From contig CAVTNH010000004.1 in assembly GCA_963736025.1 (NCBI GenBank), positions 25,309-89,308 on the forward strand: a stretch of DNA of 64,000 bases, written 5' to 3'. Positions 8,899 through 18,839 of the stretch are shown in pieces. Each line of letters begins with the position of its first letter. Positions within the stretch are counted from its first letter, which is position 1. The DNA comes from an uncultured Chloroflexia bacterium (GTDB lineage: Bacteria; Chloroflexota; Limnocylindria; Limnocylindrales; CSP1-4). The notes beneath the pieces were generated by a model, which worked only from the letters and a program-made list of their open reading frames with translations, did no database searches and was not told the origin of the DNA. Both the position numbers and the translations under genes were made by a program.

Positions 8899-11800
8899 AT
8901 GAGTTCGGTCTTCCTGAGCTACTCGTCGAAGGACGTCAAGCTCGCGACCCGCATCCAGGAGCTGCTCGAGGAACGCGGATACGACGTCTTCCGTGACAAG
9001 GACCGCGACGAGGGGATCCCGGCCGGCACCAAGTGGGCGGAGGAGCTGTTCCTCAACCTGGAGCGTTTCCGGATCGTCGTCTTCCTCGCGACGCCGGCGT
9101 CGCTCGAATCGCGCTGGTGCCACACGGAGCTGGCGGTCGCGATGGCCCGACGCAAGCACGTCGTCCAGATCAGCACGCGGAAGGAGCCCGTCCATCCCGT
9201 TCTGGCGGCGACCCAGTCGATCGGTCCGATCCGCGACGTCGAGGAACTCGTCGACAAGCTCGTGGCGGACCTGGGACGGGTCGGGCTCGGGCCGCGCGAC
9301 AGCGCGAGCTGGGACCCGAACGTCTCCCCGTACCCAGGCCTGGAGCGACTGACCGAGAAGTACGCGGCCGTCCTGTTCGGGCGCGACGACGACATCGAGC
9401 TGGTCATCGACCGCCTCGAGCGACCGAAGCCCGCACCGGTCCTGGTCGTCGGCCCCTCGGGGAGCGGCAAGTCGTCGCTGATCCGGGCCGGCGTCGTGCC
9501 GGAGCTCAAGCGGCGGCCGCGGAACACGGTCCTGCCGGTCGTCGATCCCGGCGACGATGCCCTGCGGTCCGTCGCCCTTGAGCTCGAGCGAGCCGATCCC
9601 AAGAGCAACGCCGAAGACCTGATCAAGGACCCGGCGGCGTTCGCGCTCGCGATCGAACGCCTGGCGGCGACCACCGACGACGGCCGGGTCGTCCTCGTCA
9701 TCGACCAGGCCGAGGACCTCGTCCTGCCCGCGAACCGGGCTCGGGCAGTCGAGCTCGTCAAGCGGCTCGAGGCGATCGACCGCGACCGGCTGGCGGTCAT
9801 CGTCGTCCTGCGCAGCGCGTCGCTCGACCCGTGGATGCTCGATGCGGAGATCGGGGCGCTGACACCGGGCGATCCGGTGCAGATCCGCCCGCTCGACCGG
9901 GCCGCACTGCGCGAGGTGATCCTGGGACCGGCCCAGCTCGCCGGGATCCGCATCGAACCGGACACGCTCGTCGAGCAGATCCTCGACGACACCGTCCAGG
10001 GCGAGGCCCTGCCGCTCCTCGCGGCACTGCTCCAGGAGCTGACCAAGAACCACTCCCGGACGAATCCGGCGGTCATCACGCCGACCGAGTACGCGGCCGT
10101 CGGGCCGGTGAGCCGCGTCATCGAGCGCCGGGCGCAGGCCGCGGTGGACGACGTCAAGGCCAAGGTCGGACGCTTCGAGGCGGACGTCGTGGATTCGTAC
10201 CTCCGGCTCGTGGCCATCGACGAATCGCGGCAGCCAGTCCGGACCCAACTCGTCGCGGACGGGCTGCCCGCCGACGTCGCGGCGATCTTCGGGATCCTCG
10301 AGGACTACCGGCTCGTGACGCGCGATCGCCGGGCGATCCCGGTACCGGCGGACGCGCCGGCGGCACGCCGGCACTGGTCAGCCTCCCGCGGCGCAGGAGA
10401 TCCTGATGGCGGTCCACGAGGCGGTCTTCCGGGCCTGGACGGCGCTCAAGGCGGCCATCGACGCCCGGCTCGATGCCCTTCGGATCCGGACCTGGCTGCG
10501 TCACGACGCGGAGGAGTGGGCCGGCTCGAAACGAGGGCAGGTGTCGCTGACGGGAGGACGGCTGGATCTGGCCCTGGAGTGGTCGCGCGACAACGCCGAC
10601 GAGGTGACGCCGGAGATCAGGGCCTACATCGACCAAGCGAAGAGTCAACGACGGCGCGGCAGGATCGCGAGGCTCGCTGTGGCCGGCCTGGCAGTCGTGG
10701 TCCTGGCGGTCGGATTCGTGGCGTTCCAGGCGGTCCAGGCACGCAACGATGCCGAGGCCTCGCGTCTCGCCGCGGACGCGCGGGCCAACTTCGGGACGCG
10801 GCTCGATCTCGGGCTCCTGCTGGCGCTCGAGGCCCGTGCCAAGAGTGCCGACCCGCGGTTCCAGGCGATGCCCCTCGTCGGCCTGTCGCAGGGTCCGGGT
10901 CCGCGCCACTTCGGGGGTCCGCAGGGAGGACACCCCGACTCGGCGGCGCTCAGCGCGGACGGGTCGCGAGCCGTCGTCTCCTTCTCGAACGTGGTCCAGC
11001 TCTGGGACGTGGGGGCCAACAGACGGTTGGCCTCGATCCTGGGCCCTCCCAACGTCGCGGGTATCTCTCGTGACGGGTCCACGGTCGCGATCGCCTATCA
11101 GATCGAGAACCAGCCCTACCAGATCAACATCGGTTCGTGGCCGGAGGAGGCCCCACGCCTGTCGTGCCTCGTGCCCGGTGACATCCAGACGATCGCTGTC
11201 TCTCCGGCGAACGACTTCGTCGTCGCGGTGGTTGACACGCCCGAGCGCCGCGTGGTGCAGGTCGTCTCGACGTCGGACTGCCGCGGACCGTCGCTCGATC
11301 GACTGGAGGACGTGGTCGGGGACATCGACATCGCCGATGGGCGCATCGCCATCGGCACGGAGCGCGGCGCCGCCATCTGGGATCCAGTGAGCGACACGCT
11401 CGACACGTGGTCCACCGACGACACGAGCACGGTGCGGGCGATCGCGTTCGGCGACGGCGACCGTCTTGGTGCGACGTCCGATTCCGGCGACCTCTTCGTC
11501 TGGGATGCGTCGGTGCCGGGTTCGCCTCCGCGCCAGTTCCCGGTCTTTGCCAGTGACGTCGATGGCGGCAAGCTCCGCTTCTCCACCGACCTGAACGCCT
11601 GGATCGTGGGGTCCATGTATGGGGACCTTCGCGTCGTCGGGTTCGACGACAAGTTCACGGTCGGTGCGTCGGCCACCTCCCTGCCGGAGGACAACCCGTT
11701 CGACGACAGTGCACACGGACGCCCACGCCCTGGACATCGCCGCCACACCGACTGGCGCCGTCACCGTCGATGAGAGCGGCCGCATCGTCACGTGGGACCT

Positions 11801-12782
11801 CGTCGGGACGCCGCCACTCGGTGGCCGTGTGTTCGCCGACGCGAGGATCGATCGGCTTCGTGTCCTCCCGTCCGGGCCCCTCATCGCCGGAGGGCCTGAG
11901 GGCGTGTGGCAGCTCGACGGGGTGACCGGTGCGGTCCTCGGCCACCGCGCGACCGATGCCGGTGACGGCGATCGCCCCGGGCGCCAACGGTTGGGCCATC
12001 GGCCTCTCGACGGGCGAGGTCCTGCGCACGGCGGGCCCCGTCGACGGCCTCGCGACGGTCGGCCACGGTGGCGGGTCCGGTCGCGGCGATCGCCATGCTC
12101 GACTCGGGCGGCCTCGCGATCGCCGACCACGCCGGTGCGGTCACCGTCGTCGAACCGTCAGGGGCCTCGACGGCCGTGCCGCTCGCCAGCCCGATCCTGT
12201 CGCTGGCCAGCCGCGGGAACTGGCTCTTCGCGGGTGCGCAACGACGGGACGATCCACGTCGTCGATACGAACGGGCCGGCGCGAGAGGTGGCGCAGTCGG
12301 AGAAGCACGGCATCGAGGTCAACACCCTCGAGGTGAGCCCTGACGGCAAGACCCTCGTCAGCGGCGGCGACGATCGGCAGGTCATCACGTGGACCATCGG
12401 CTCCGATGGCAGCCTGACCCCCCATTGGTTCCTCAGCGGCCACACGGATCGGGTCAACACGCTGTCCATCAGCCCGGACGGCCACTGGCTCGCATCGTCC
12501 GGCGAGGACGAGCACGTCATCCTCTGGAACCTGGACACCGGCGATCGTGTCGGCGACCCGATCCCGGTCGGCCGGGAGCCGGTGCTCGCCTTCGGGACCG
12601 GGGACCGGCAGCTCTTCATCTCCGACGATCTCGAGGGCGTGCGACGCTGGGACATGCGACCCGAGGCGTGGGTCAAGGCCGCCTGCGACATCCTCGGTGG
12701 CCGCACCCTCGGTCCCCTCGAGCAGCTTGAGTTCTTCGGTAGTCTGGGGCTGAAATCACCTGACCGCTGCGGTGCACCATGA
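8899..12782 (+). CDS. TIR domain - STAND P-loop NTPase - TM helix - WD40 repeat protein (~1290 aa), 5 frame disruptions (near 10350, 11705, 11950, 12065, 12240)
   Basis: TIR: FLSYSSKD...SRWCHTELAV (Glu codon 9127-9129). NTPase: PYPGLERL...FGRDDDI...VVGPSGSGKSSLIRAG (9451-9477) and VLVIDQAED. AVHEAVFRAW...LRHDAEEW helical region. Hydrophobic helix at about 10673-10723. WD40 units, for example GHTDRVNTLSISPDGHWLASSGEDEHVILWNL. Assembled from ORFs 8899.., 10406.., 11619.., 11929.. and 12068... Confidence 0.8.
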
Positions 12783-12788
12783 GCGGGC

Positions 12789-14576
12789 ATGACCGACGAT
12801 CCCCGCGACGATCAGGCGACCCAGATCAACCTCGAGGGCGGCAACCGGGCGCTGATGGTCCAGGCGCGCGCCCGGACGCCGGTCGCCTCGATGACCGCGG
12901 CGCTCGGGATCGCCGGCCCACGCCCGGTCCTGCTGGTGATCGGCGGCGCCGACGGGCTGTCGAAGGCCGCGGAGCCGAGCATTCGGACGCTGGTCGACGC
13001 CGGCGTCGTCCCCGCGGTGGAGACCGTGGGACCGGTGGTCGTCGACGGCGGCACGGACGCGGGCATCATGGCGATCGTGGGCGGAGCCATCGCCGCCGCG
13101 CACGTCCAGGTGACCGTGCTCGGCGTGGCGCCCGCCGGGCGCGTGACCTGGAAGGACGACACCCGGTCCGGCATGTCCGGGGCCACCGCTCTAGAGCCGC
13201 ACCACACCCATTTCGTCCTCGCGGACAGCGATGCGTGGGGCGGCGAGACGCCGCTCCTGTTCGAGGTGGTCGAGGCGATCGCGGACCCCTCCCGGACGGT
13301 CGCGATCGTCGCGGGCGGCGGTCCAGGGACGCTACGCGAGGTCGCGACGGCCGTCCGCCGTGGCATCCCTGTCATCGCTCTTTCCGGCAGCGGCGGGGTC
13401 GCCGATGACCTGGCGGCCGCCGCGGCGGCGCGCGACTCGAAGAGCCCGTCGAACAAGGCCGATCCCGAGCTGACCACGATCCTGGGAGATATCGAACTCA
13501 CCGTCGTCGCAGCCGAAGCGGAGCCCGCCCTGCTCGAACGCATACTCGTCCGACGACTCGAGCCGGACGAGACGCTCCGGACGGCCACGCGCCAATACCG
13601 GATCCTGTCGCGCACCGCGCGAGAGCAGCAGCGCGCGTTCGCGTGGTACCAGCGGGCGATCCTCGCGCTGGGACTTCTCGCGACGATCCTCATCGTCCTC
13701 CAGGCCCAGCTCCGGAACGGAGAGGCGTCGTTCAAGGGCTCGCCCGCCGACCAGGTCCTCCAGTTCGGCATCGTGCTGATCCCGATCGCGGTCGGCGTGC
13801 TCGTCGCGGGCGCCGCCCGCCTGCGACCCGGCGGCCGCTGGGTCCTGTTGCGCGGGGCGGCGGAGGCCATCAAGCATGAGACCTATCGATACCGCGCCCG
13901 CACGGGGCTGTACGCGCCCGACGAGACCCGCCGGACGTCGCGCGAGGTGAAGCTGGCCGCGGCCGTCGGGTCGACGATGAACGCCCTGATGCTCACAGAC
14001 GTCAACCTCTCGGCGATCGACACCGGCCGTCCGGAAGACGATCCCGTGGCCACGATGGACCGCGACAGGGATGACTGGACGCGCCCGCTCGGAGCGGCCG
14101 AGTACATCCGCTTCCGGATCGACGACCAGGTCAAGTACTACCGGAAGACCGTGCGTGAACGTGAGCGCCTGGTGCTGGGCCTGCGTTGGGTGATGCTCGG
14201 GTTCGGCGGCCTGGGGACGGTCCTCGCGGCCGCCGGGTTCCAGCTGTGGGTCGCGGTGACCGTGGCCGTCGTCGGGGCCCTGACCACCTACCTCGAGGCG
14301 ATGCAGCTGGAAGCCTCGATCATGCTCTACAACCAGGCGGCGACGACCCTCGAGGGCATCCGGGCCTGGTGGACGGCCCTTCCGCCCGATCAGCAGGTGC
14401 TCCGGCGGAACTTCGACCGGCTCGTGGAGCGCTCGGAGCGGGTGATGCAGGCCGAACACGGCGGCTGGGTCCAGCAGATGCAGGACGCGATGACGAAGCT
14501 GCACCTCGAGGAGATCGACGAGGCCGCCGCGGACGCCGACGACGGCGAAGGCGCGACCGAGAAGACGCCCGCCTAG
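12789..14576 (+). CDS. SLOG (TRPM/LSDAT-like) nucleotide-sensor domain fused to two SLATT/DUF4231-like 2-TM modules (intact, 595 aa)
   Basis: Gly-rich Rossmann-like motifs [26 protein letters not shown] and [33 protein letters not shown] pairs at aa 287-343 and 463-505, each followed by motifs of the type [14 protein letters not shown] / YYRK...LYNQAA. Starts 6 nt after the TIR gene stop. Confidence 0.7.
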   Translation: MTDDPRDDQATQINLEGGNRALMVQARARTPVASMTAALGIAGPRPVLLVIGGADGLSKAAEPSIRTLVDAGVVPAVETVGPVVVDGGTDAGIMAIVGGAIAAAHVQVTVLGVAPAGRVTWKDDTRSGMSGATALEPHHTHFVLADSDAWGGETPLLFEVVEAIADPSRTVAIVAGGGPGTLREVATAVRRGIPVIALSGSGGVADDLAAAAAARDSKSPSNKADPELTTILGDIELTVVAAEAEPALLERILVRRLEPDETLRTATRQYRILSRTAREQQRAFAWYQRAILALGLLATILIVLQAQLRNGEASFKGSPADQVLQFGIVLIPIAVGVLVAGAARLRPGGRWVLLRGAAEAIKHETYRYRARTGLYAPDETRRTSREVKLAAAVGSTMNALMLTDVNLSAIDTGRPEDDPVATMDRDRDDWTRPLGAAEYIRFRIDDQVKYYRKTVRERERLVLGLRWVMLGFGGLGTVLAAAGFQLWVAVTVAVVGALTTYLEAMQLEASIMLYNQAATTLEGIRAWWTALPPDQQVLRRNFDRLVERSERVMQAEHGGWVQQMQDAMTKLHLEEIDEAAADADDGEGATEKTPA

Positions 14577-15618
14577 GTCTCGCGGGGATCGGTCGCGCCG
14601 TCCGCGGTCTGGTGTGCTGCCCGGTAGTGCGCCGCCAGACGGTCCTCGCCCCAGTCGTTCGTCAGGTCGCGCCAGACCGAGTGGATGTGGTTCCCGCCGT
14701 TCTGCGTGTTGTCGTACTCGATGAGGAAGGCCGGCCCGTGGATCGCGTAGTAGTGGCCGCGGCCCGGCATGTCCGGACCCGGCCCACGCGAACGTGACGG
14801 GCGGCAGACCGGCGCGACGAATGCGCGCCCATTCGGCCTTCGGCGATGTCGGGTCGCGCCCGCTCGAGGTAGTGGCGGATGAGCCGCTCGAGGCCCTCGC
14901 GTTGAGCGGTTTCGAGCCGTTCGTACGGGATGCCGTCCGGCACACCCCGCAGCTCCGCCCGACGGCCGTTCCCGCTTCGGATGTCGGGCGGCGCGACGGG
15001 ATCGACCACGGCGATCGCCCGCTGCTCGGCTGACAGGCTCGCGAGCAGCGCCCGGGCCAGCGTCTCCTCGCCGTCGATGGTCCGCTCGCCGGCCCGCGGT
15101 CCCCCAGGGATCGTGGCCGGGTTCGCGCCGAGGAACGAGGGAGCGGCCGAGATGACCTCGCCGCCCGCCATCGTCAGCACGATCGCGACGTGGTGTCCGT
15201 TGATGCGCAGGGCCCAGGGCTCGGGGCCGCCGGGGTCGCCGAAGACCGAGAACCAGTACAGCTCCGGATCCCGCCGCGGCGCATCGAGCCAGCCGGCATC
15301 GCGTTCGACCTGGCCGAGGACCTCCTCGAGGGCCATGATCGCCCGGACCTCTCGGGCTCCTCGGATGCTGAGCGCGGCATCGAGAGTGGCGGTCGCGGCC
15401 TCGCGTTGGCCAACGGACATCGCGGCGATCGGCAGGCCGTTCCGGTCGCCCGGCGTGTAGGCCCACGCGAATCGCTCGTCGGTCTCGAACGGGAAGGTCG
15501 CCCGGGCGCGCTGCGCCGGCTCCAGCGCGTCGAGCCAGGCGCTCACGGCGTCGGCGATCTCGGTCGCGGAAGCGCGCTCAAGCGGGTCGGCGGTGCTTGG
15601 CTCCGGGCGGGTGGCCAT
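14573..15618 (-). CDS. DUF3500 family protein, 2 frame disruptions (near 14830-14900)
   Basis: [21 protein letters not shown]...[28 protein letters not shown]... and C-terminal [31 protein letters not shown], spread over three frames. Confidence 0.7.
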
Positions 15619-15722
15619 CGTCGGACAGGATACGGGCCGCGCGGCCGTCGCCTGCAACGCAGCAGTCACGGCACCGGAGTAGGGTGACGGCGATCATCAC
15701 CGACCTCCCCAGAGGTGCTCCG

Positions 15723-16391
15723 ATGTCGCGTCTCCGACTGTCTGCCGTCGTCTCGTCTGCGCTGTTGCTGCTCGCATCTGCCGGGAGCGCCCTGGCCGCA
15801 TCGCCGGCCGCCGTGTGGCACATGGACGAGACATCAGGCTCGACGATGACCGACAGCTCGGGCCATGGGTTCAACGGCCGGCACGAGCACATCCAGAAGG
15901 GCGTCGCCGGGATCGGCGGGACCAAGGGCTACGGGTTCAACGGCACCTCGTCGCGCGTCATCGTGCCGGATGCCAGCGGGCTCGACCCGGGCTCAAGCGA
16001 CCTGGTGATCTCGGTGCACGTGGCCTTCACGAGCGCCCCGGCCGACGACTACGACCTGATCCGAAAGGGTCGCCAATCGACGCCAGGCGGCGACTGGAAG
16101 GTCGAGATCGTGAAGAAGGACGGCGCCAGTGTCGCTCGTTGCTACCTGCGCGGCTCGTCACGCGACTGGCAGAAGACGACCGGGCCGAACCTGGCCGACG
16201 GCGCCTGGCACACGATCACGTGCGAGAAGCACGCGACGACGGTGCGGCTGACCGTCGATGGCCGGGTCTGGCAGACGACCCGGACCATCGGCACGATCTC
16301 GAACGACCAGCCCGTCAGCGTCGGCGCGCAGGCCGAGGGCGGCGACTGGTTCAAGGGTTCGATGGACGAGGTCAGTCTCACGATCGGTTGA
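15723..16391 (+). CDS. secreted LamG-like (concanavalin A-like lectin/glucanase) domain protein
   Basis: Signal peptide MSRLRLSAVVSSALLLLASAGSALA. W.MDE..G....DSSG.G.NG...G...DLVISVHV...WHTITC.....VRLTVDG...GSMDEVSL is the LamG jelly-roll pattern. Intact. Confidence 0.7.
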   Translation: MSRLRLSAVVSSALLLLASAGSALAASPAAVWHMDETSGSTMTDSSGHGFNGRHEHIQKGVAGIGGTKGYGFNGTSSRVIVPDASGLDPGSSDLVISVHVAFTSAPADDYDLIRKGRQSTPGGDWKVEIVKKDGASVARCYLRGSSRDWQKTTGPNLADGAWHTITCEKHATTVRLTVDGRVWQTTRTIGTISNDQPVSVGAQAEGGDWFKGSMDEVSLTIG

Positions 16392-16433
16392 GCCGTCGCC
16401 CGTGCCCTGACGCCGTTCGCCCGAGTTCCGGGC

Positions 16434-16474
16434 AAAGAAAAACGGTGGACGAGACTGTGAGTCTCATCCACCGT
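16434..16474 (-). terminator. rho-independent terminator for the minus-strand small-ORF pair
   Basis: On the minus strand: ACGGTGGATGAGAC-tcaca-GTCTCGTCCACCGT followed by TTTTTCTTT. Confidence 0.65.
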
Positions 16475-16509
16475 CGGTTGGTGGGCGTTTGTCCCGCATC
16501 GAGCGCGGG

Positions 16510-16743
16510 TTACTTGGTCGAGGCGAGCGTCCGGCCGAGGTCGTCGCCGACGTACGAGTCGAGGCGACGAGCTGCTGCGGCGGACCCGCGGCTCACGATC
16601 GCGAAGGCGCTCGCGAGGCCTCGGCGCGGCCACGACGGCCGGACCGGACGGTCGCTCTGGGCGAGCATGACCCGCCGGTGGAACTCGACCTCACGGGCCC
16701 GTTCCGCCGCGAGATCGAGGGCGAGAAACGTGATGGGATGCAT
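16510..16743 (-). CDS. 77-aa hypothetical small protein
   Basis: ATG 16743 preceded by AGGAG. MHPITFLALDLAAERAREVEFHRRVML.... Followed by the terminator at 16434-16474. Confidence 0.5.
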   Translation of the reverse strand: MHPITFLALDLAAERAREVEFHRRVMLAQSDRPVRPSWPRRGLASAFAIVSRGSAAAARRLDSYVGDDLGRTLASTK

Positions 16744-16792
16744 GAGGTTTGGACTCCTGGTGCGTGGAACGGTTGCGGCGCGACGAGTCGCC

Positions 16793-16909
16793 TTAGCGGC
16801 GGTGGTCGTCCGGGATGCTGTCGCGGGAATCGACGCCCCGGCCGATGGCCGCGAGATCGAACATCGCAAACGCTGCGATGAGGCCGACGATGATGACGAT
16901 GGGCTCCAT
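16793..16909 (-). CDS. 38-aa hydrophobic-N/charged-C micropeptide MEPIVIIVGLIAAFAMFDLAAIGRGVDSRDSIPDDHRR
   Basis: ATG 16909 preceded by GGAGG at correct spacing, TAA stop, single TM-like helix, high GC3. First gene of the small-ORF pair. Confidence 0.5.
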   Translation of the reverse strand: MEPIVIIVGLIAAFAMFDLAAIGRGVDSRDSIPDDHRR

Positions 16910-16933
16910 TTCGGGCCTCCTTCTTGCTACGCC

Positions 16934-17015
16934 GATAACCGTTTAAGAGTTCTTTATCGGTTACTCGTAATGTAGACCCTTGCGCGTAACCTGTCAAGTG
17001 GTCTAAAGTGGTTAC
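16934..17015. promoter_or_regulatory. low-GC divergent promoter region with four GGTTAC/GTAACC half-sites
   Basis: gATAACCG (16934-41), CGGTTAC (16958-64), GTAACC (16986-91) and GGTTAC (17010-15), between the micropeptide operon and the CGNR gene. Confidence 0.4.
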
Positions 17016-17018
17016 ACG

Positions 17019-17651
17019 ATGCCAACCAAGACCGCCCTGCACCCCACTGAAACGGGCCACGCCCACGACGTCAGCGTGGAGACCACCTTCGACTTCCTGA
17101 ACACCCTCGACCACGACGATGGTTTCCCCAGGGAGAAGCTCCCCGACATCGATGGCGTCCTCTCCTGGTTCGCCGAACGCGGCCTCATCCATCACGAAGG
17201 CGCCGACAAGGCACGCCGCGAGGCTGCGTCCCACCCGCGCGTCTCGGCGCGCGATCTCGAGCGGGTCAGGACCGTCCGGGCGGCGCTCCGCGAGGTCGCC
17301 GACTCGGTCGTCGAGCACCGTGCGGCGCGCAAGGACGCGCTCGCGACCGTCAATCAGGCGCTGCACGCCCGCCAGGTCATCGAGCTCGCCCCGTCGCCCG
17401 ACGGCGTCAGCGTCGACCATCGCCATGTCGGCGACCCGATCGACGACGCACTCGCGCGACTGTCAGAGGCGATGGTCACCGAGCTGACCAGCGGCCATCC
17501 GGACCGGTTCCGCGTCTGCGACAACGACACGTGCCAGTGGATCTTCTACGACACCTCGCGCACGGCCCGACGCCGCTGGTGCGACATGGCGACCTGTGGC
17601 AACCGGGCCAAGGCGGCGCGCCACCGCGCCAAGATGTCGCTCAGGATCTGA
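17019..17651 (+). CDS. CGNR zinc-finger (ABATE) domain protein
   Basis: C-terminal FRVCDNDTCQWIFYDTSRTARRRWCDMATCGNRAKAARHR is the CGNR zinc-finger signature. Intact 210 aa. Confidence 0.85.
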   Translation: MPTKTALHPTETGHAHDVSVETTFDFLNTLDHDDGFPREKLPDIDGVLSWFAERGLIHHEGADKARREAASHPRVSARDLERVRTVRAALREVADSVVEHRAARKDALATVNQALHARQVIELAPSPDGVSVDHRHVGDPIDDALARLSEAMVTELTSGHPDRFRVCDNDTCQWIFYDTSRTARRRWCDMATCGNRAKAARHRAKMSLRI

Positions 17652-17657
17652 GGCCGG

Positions 17658-18601
17658 CTACCCGGCGCGTTCCAGGACCGGCCGGACCTCGGTCGCGAAG
17701 CGGGTCATCGACTCCTCGTCGTGCGGCGACGGGAAGCCCGCGATGAGGTGGCGGTAGCCGATGTCGAGGTAGGGGAGCAGTCGCTCCGCGACGTCCTCCG
17801 GCGTGCCGACCGGCTGGTCCGTCCACAGGTCGGCGTGGCCGTTGCGCTCGAAGATCGCCTTCTGGACGCGGACGGCCTCCTCGCGCGAGTCGCGGATGAT
17901 CACGGCGCCGATCCCGCTCGTCCGCTCGATCTCGGCCGGGTCGCGCCCGACGGTCTCGCAGTGCTCGAGCAGGAGCGCTTCCTTGCGCTTCACGGTCGCG
18001 AGCCCGCCGCCGACGTTGTTCGCGTCGCGCGTACTTCGCGACCAGCTTGAGCGTGACCCGCTCGCCGCCACCGCCGACGAGCAGCGGCAGCCGCTCCTGG
18101 ATCGGCGGCGGGTCGTTGCGGACGGCCTTCGCCGAGTAGCGCGGCCCGGCCGCGGTCGGGCGCTCGCCGTGGAGCATGCCGCGCATGATCGGGAGGGCCT
18201 CGCCGAGCCAGCGCAGCCGCTCCGGGAACCCGCTCCCGAACTCGAGGCCGTAGGCGATGTGCTCGGTCTCGAACCAGGCGCCGCCGATGCCGAGGATGGC
18301 CCGGCCGTTCGAGATGTGGTCGAGGGTCGTCGCCATCTTCGCGGTGAGCGACGGCTCGCGGAACGTGTTCGCCCCGACCATCAGGCCGATCCGGACCTGC
18401 TCGGTGGCCTGCGCCCAGGCGGCCAGCGTCAGCCAGCCCTCGAAGATCGGCCCCTCGTGGCTGCCGACGATCGGATAGAGGTGGTCCCAGGTCCAAAGCG
18501 GTCGAGTAGCCGAGCCGGTCGGCGCGGATGCCGGCCTCGAGAAGGCTCGGCCAGTCCGTGTACTGGTTCCAGCAAAGGGCTCCGATCCTGACTTCGGGCA
18601 C
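17658..18601 (-). CDS. LLM-class (F420-dependent-like) luciferase-family oxidoreductase, 2 frame disruptions (near 18035 and 18500)
   Basis: GTG 18601 after GGAGGAG. VPEVRIGALCWNQYTDW...WTWDHLYPIVG...RIGLMVGANTFREP...GRAILGIGGAWFETEH...LLVGGGGERVTLKLVAKYA...AERLLPYLDIGYRHLI, spread across three frames. Confidence 0.75.
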
Positions 18602-18627
18602 GTCTCCTCCAATGGATCCGAACGGCG

Positions 18628-18810
18628 CTAGCCGACGCGCCGATCTCGCCGCAGGATATCGAGGTAGACACCAACACCGACGACAGCGGCGATCACCCAG
18701 ACGAGGAAGTTGGCGGAGCCGAAGAGCCATTCGGCCAGCCAGGTGACCGCGAACCACGCGATCACGAACGAGCCGAAGGCTATCCCGACTCGGCGAGCGA
18801 TCTTGTACAT
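18628..18810 (-). CDS. 60-aa two-helix membrane protein
   Basis: MYKIARRVGIAFGSFVIAWFAVTWLAEWLFGSANFLVWVIAAVVGVGVYLDILRRDRRVG. It forms the tail of the spurious ORF 18628..21318. Confidence 0.5.
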   Translation of the reverse strand: MYKIARRVGIAFGSFVIAWFAVTWLAEWLFGSANFLVWVIAAVVGVGVYLDILRRDRRVG

Positions 18811-18839
18811 GGACCGACTCCAAGGCGTCTGGGCGCGAT

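Noticed and set aside
8257-14945. Long antisense ORFs across the TIR and SLOG genes (8257..10374, 8919..10217, 10154..12130, 12812..13873, 13332..14945)
   Set aside because: Their composition is Arg/Ser/Pro-rich and motif-free, while the plus strand shows clear TIR, P-loop, WD40 and SLOG/SLATT signatures.
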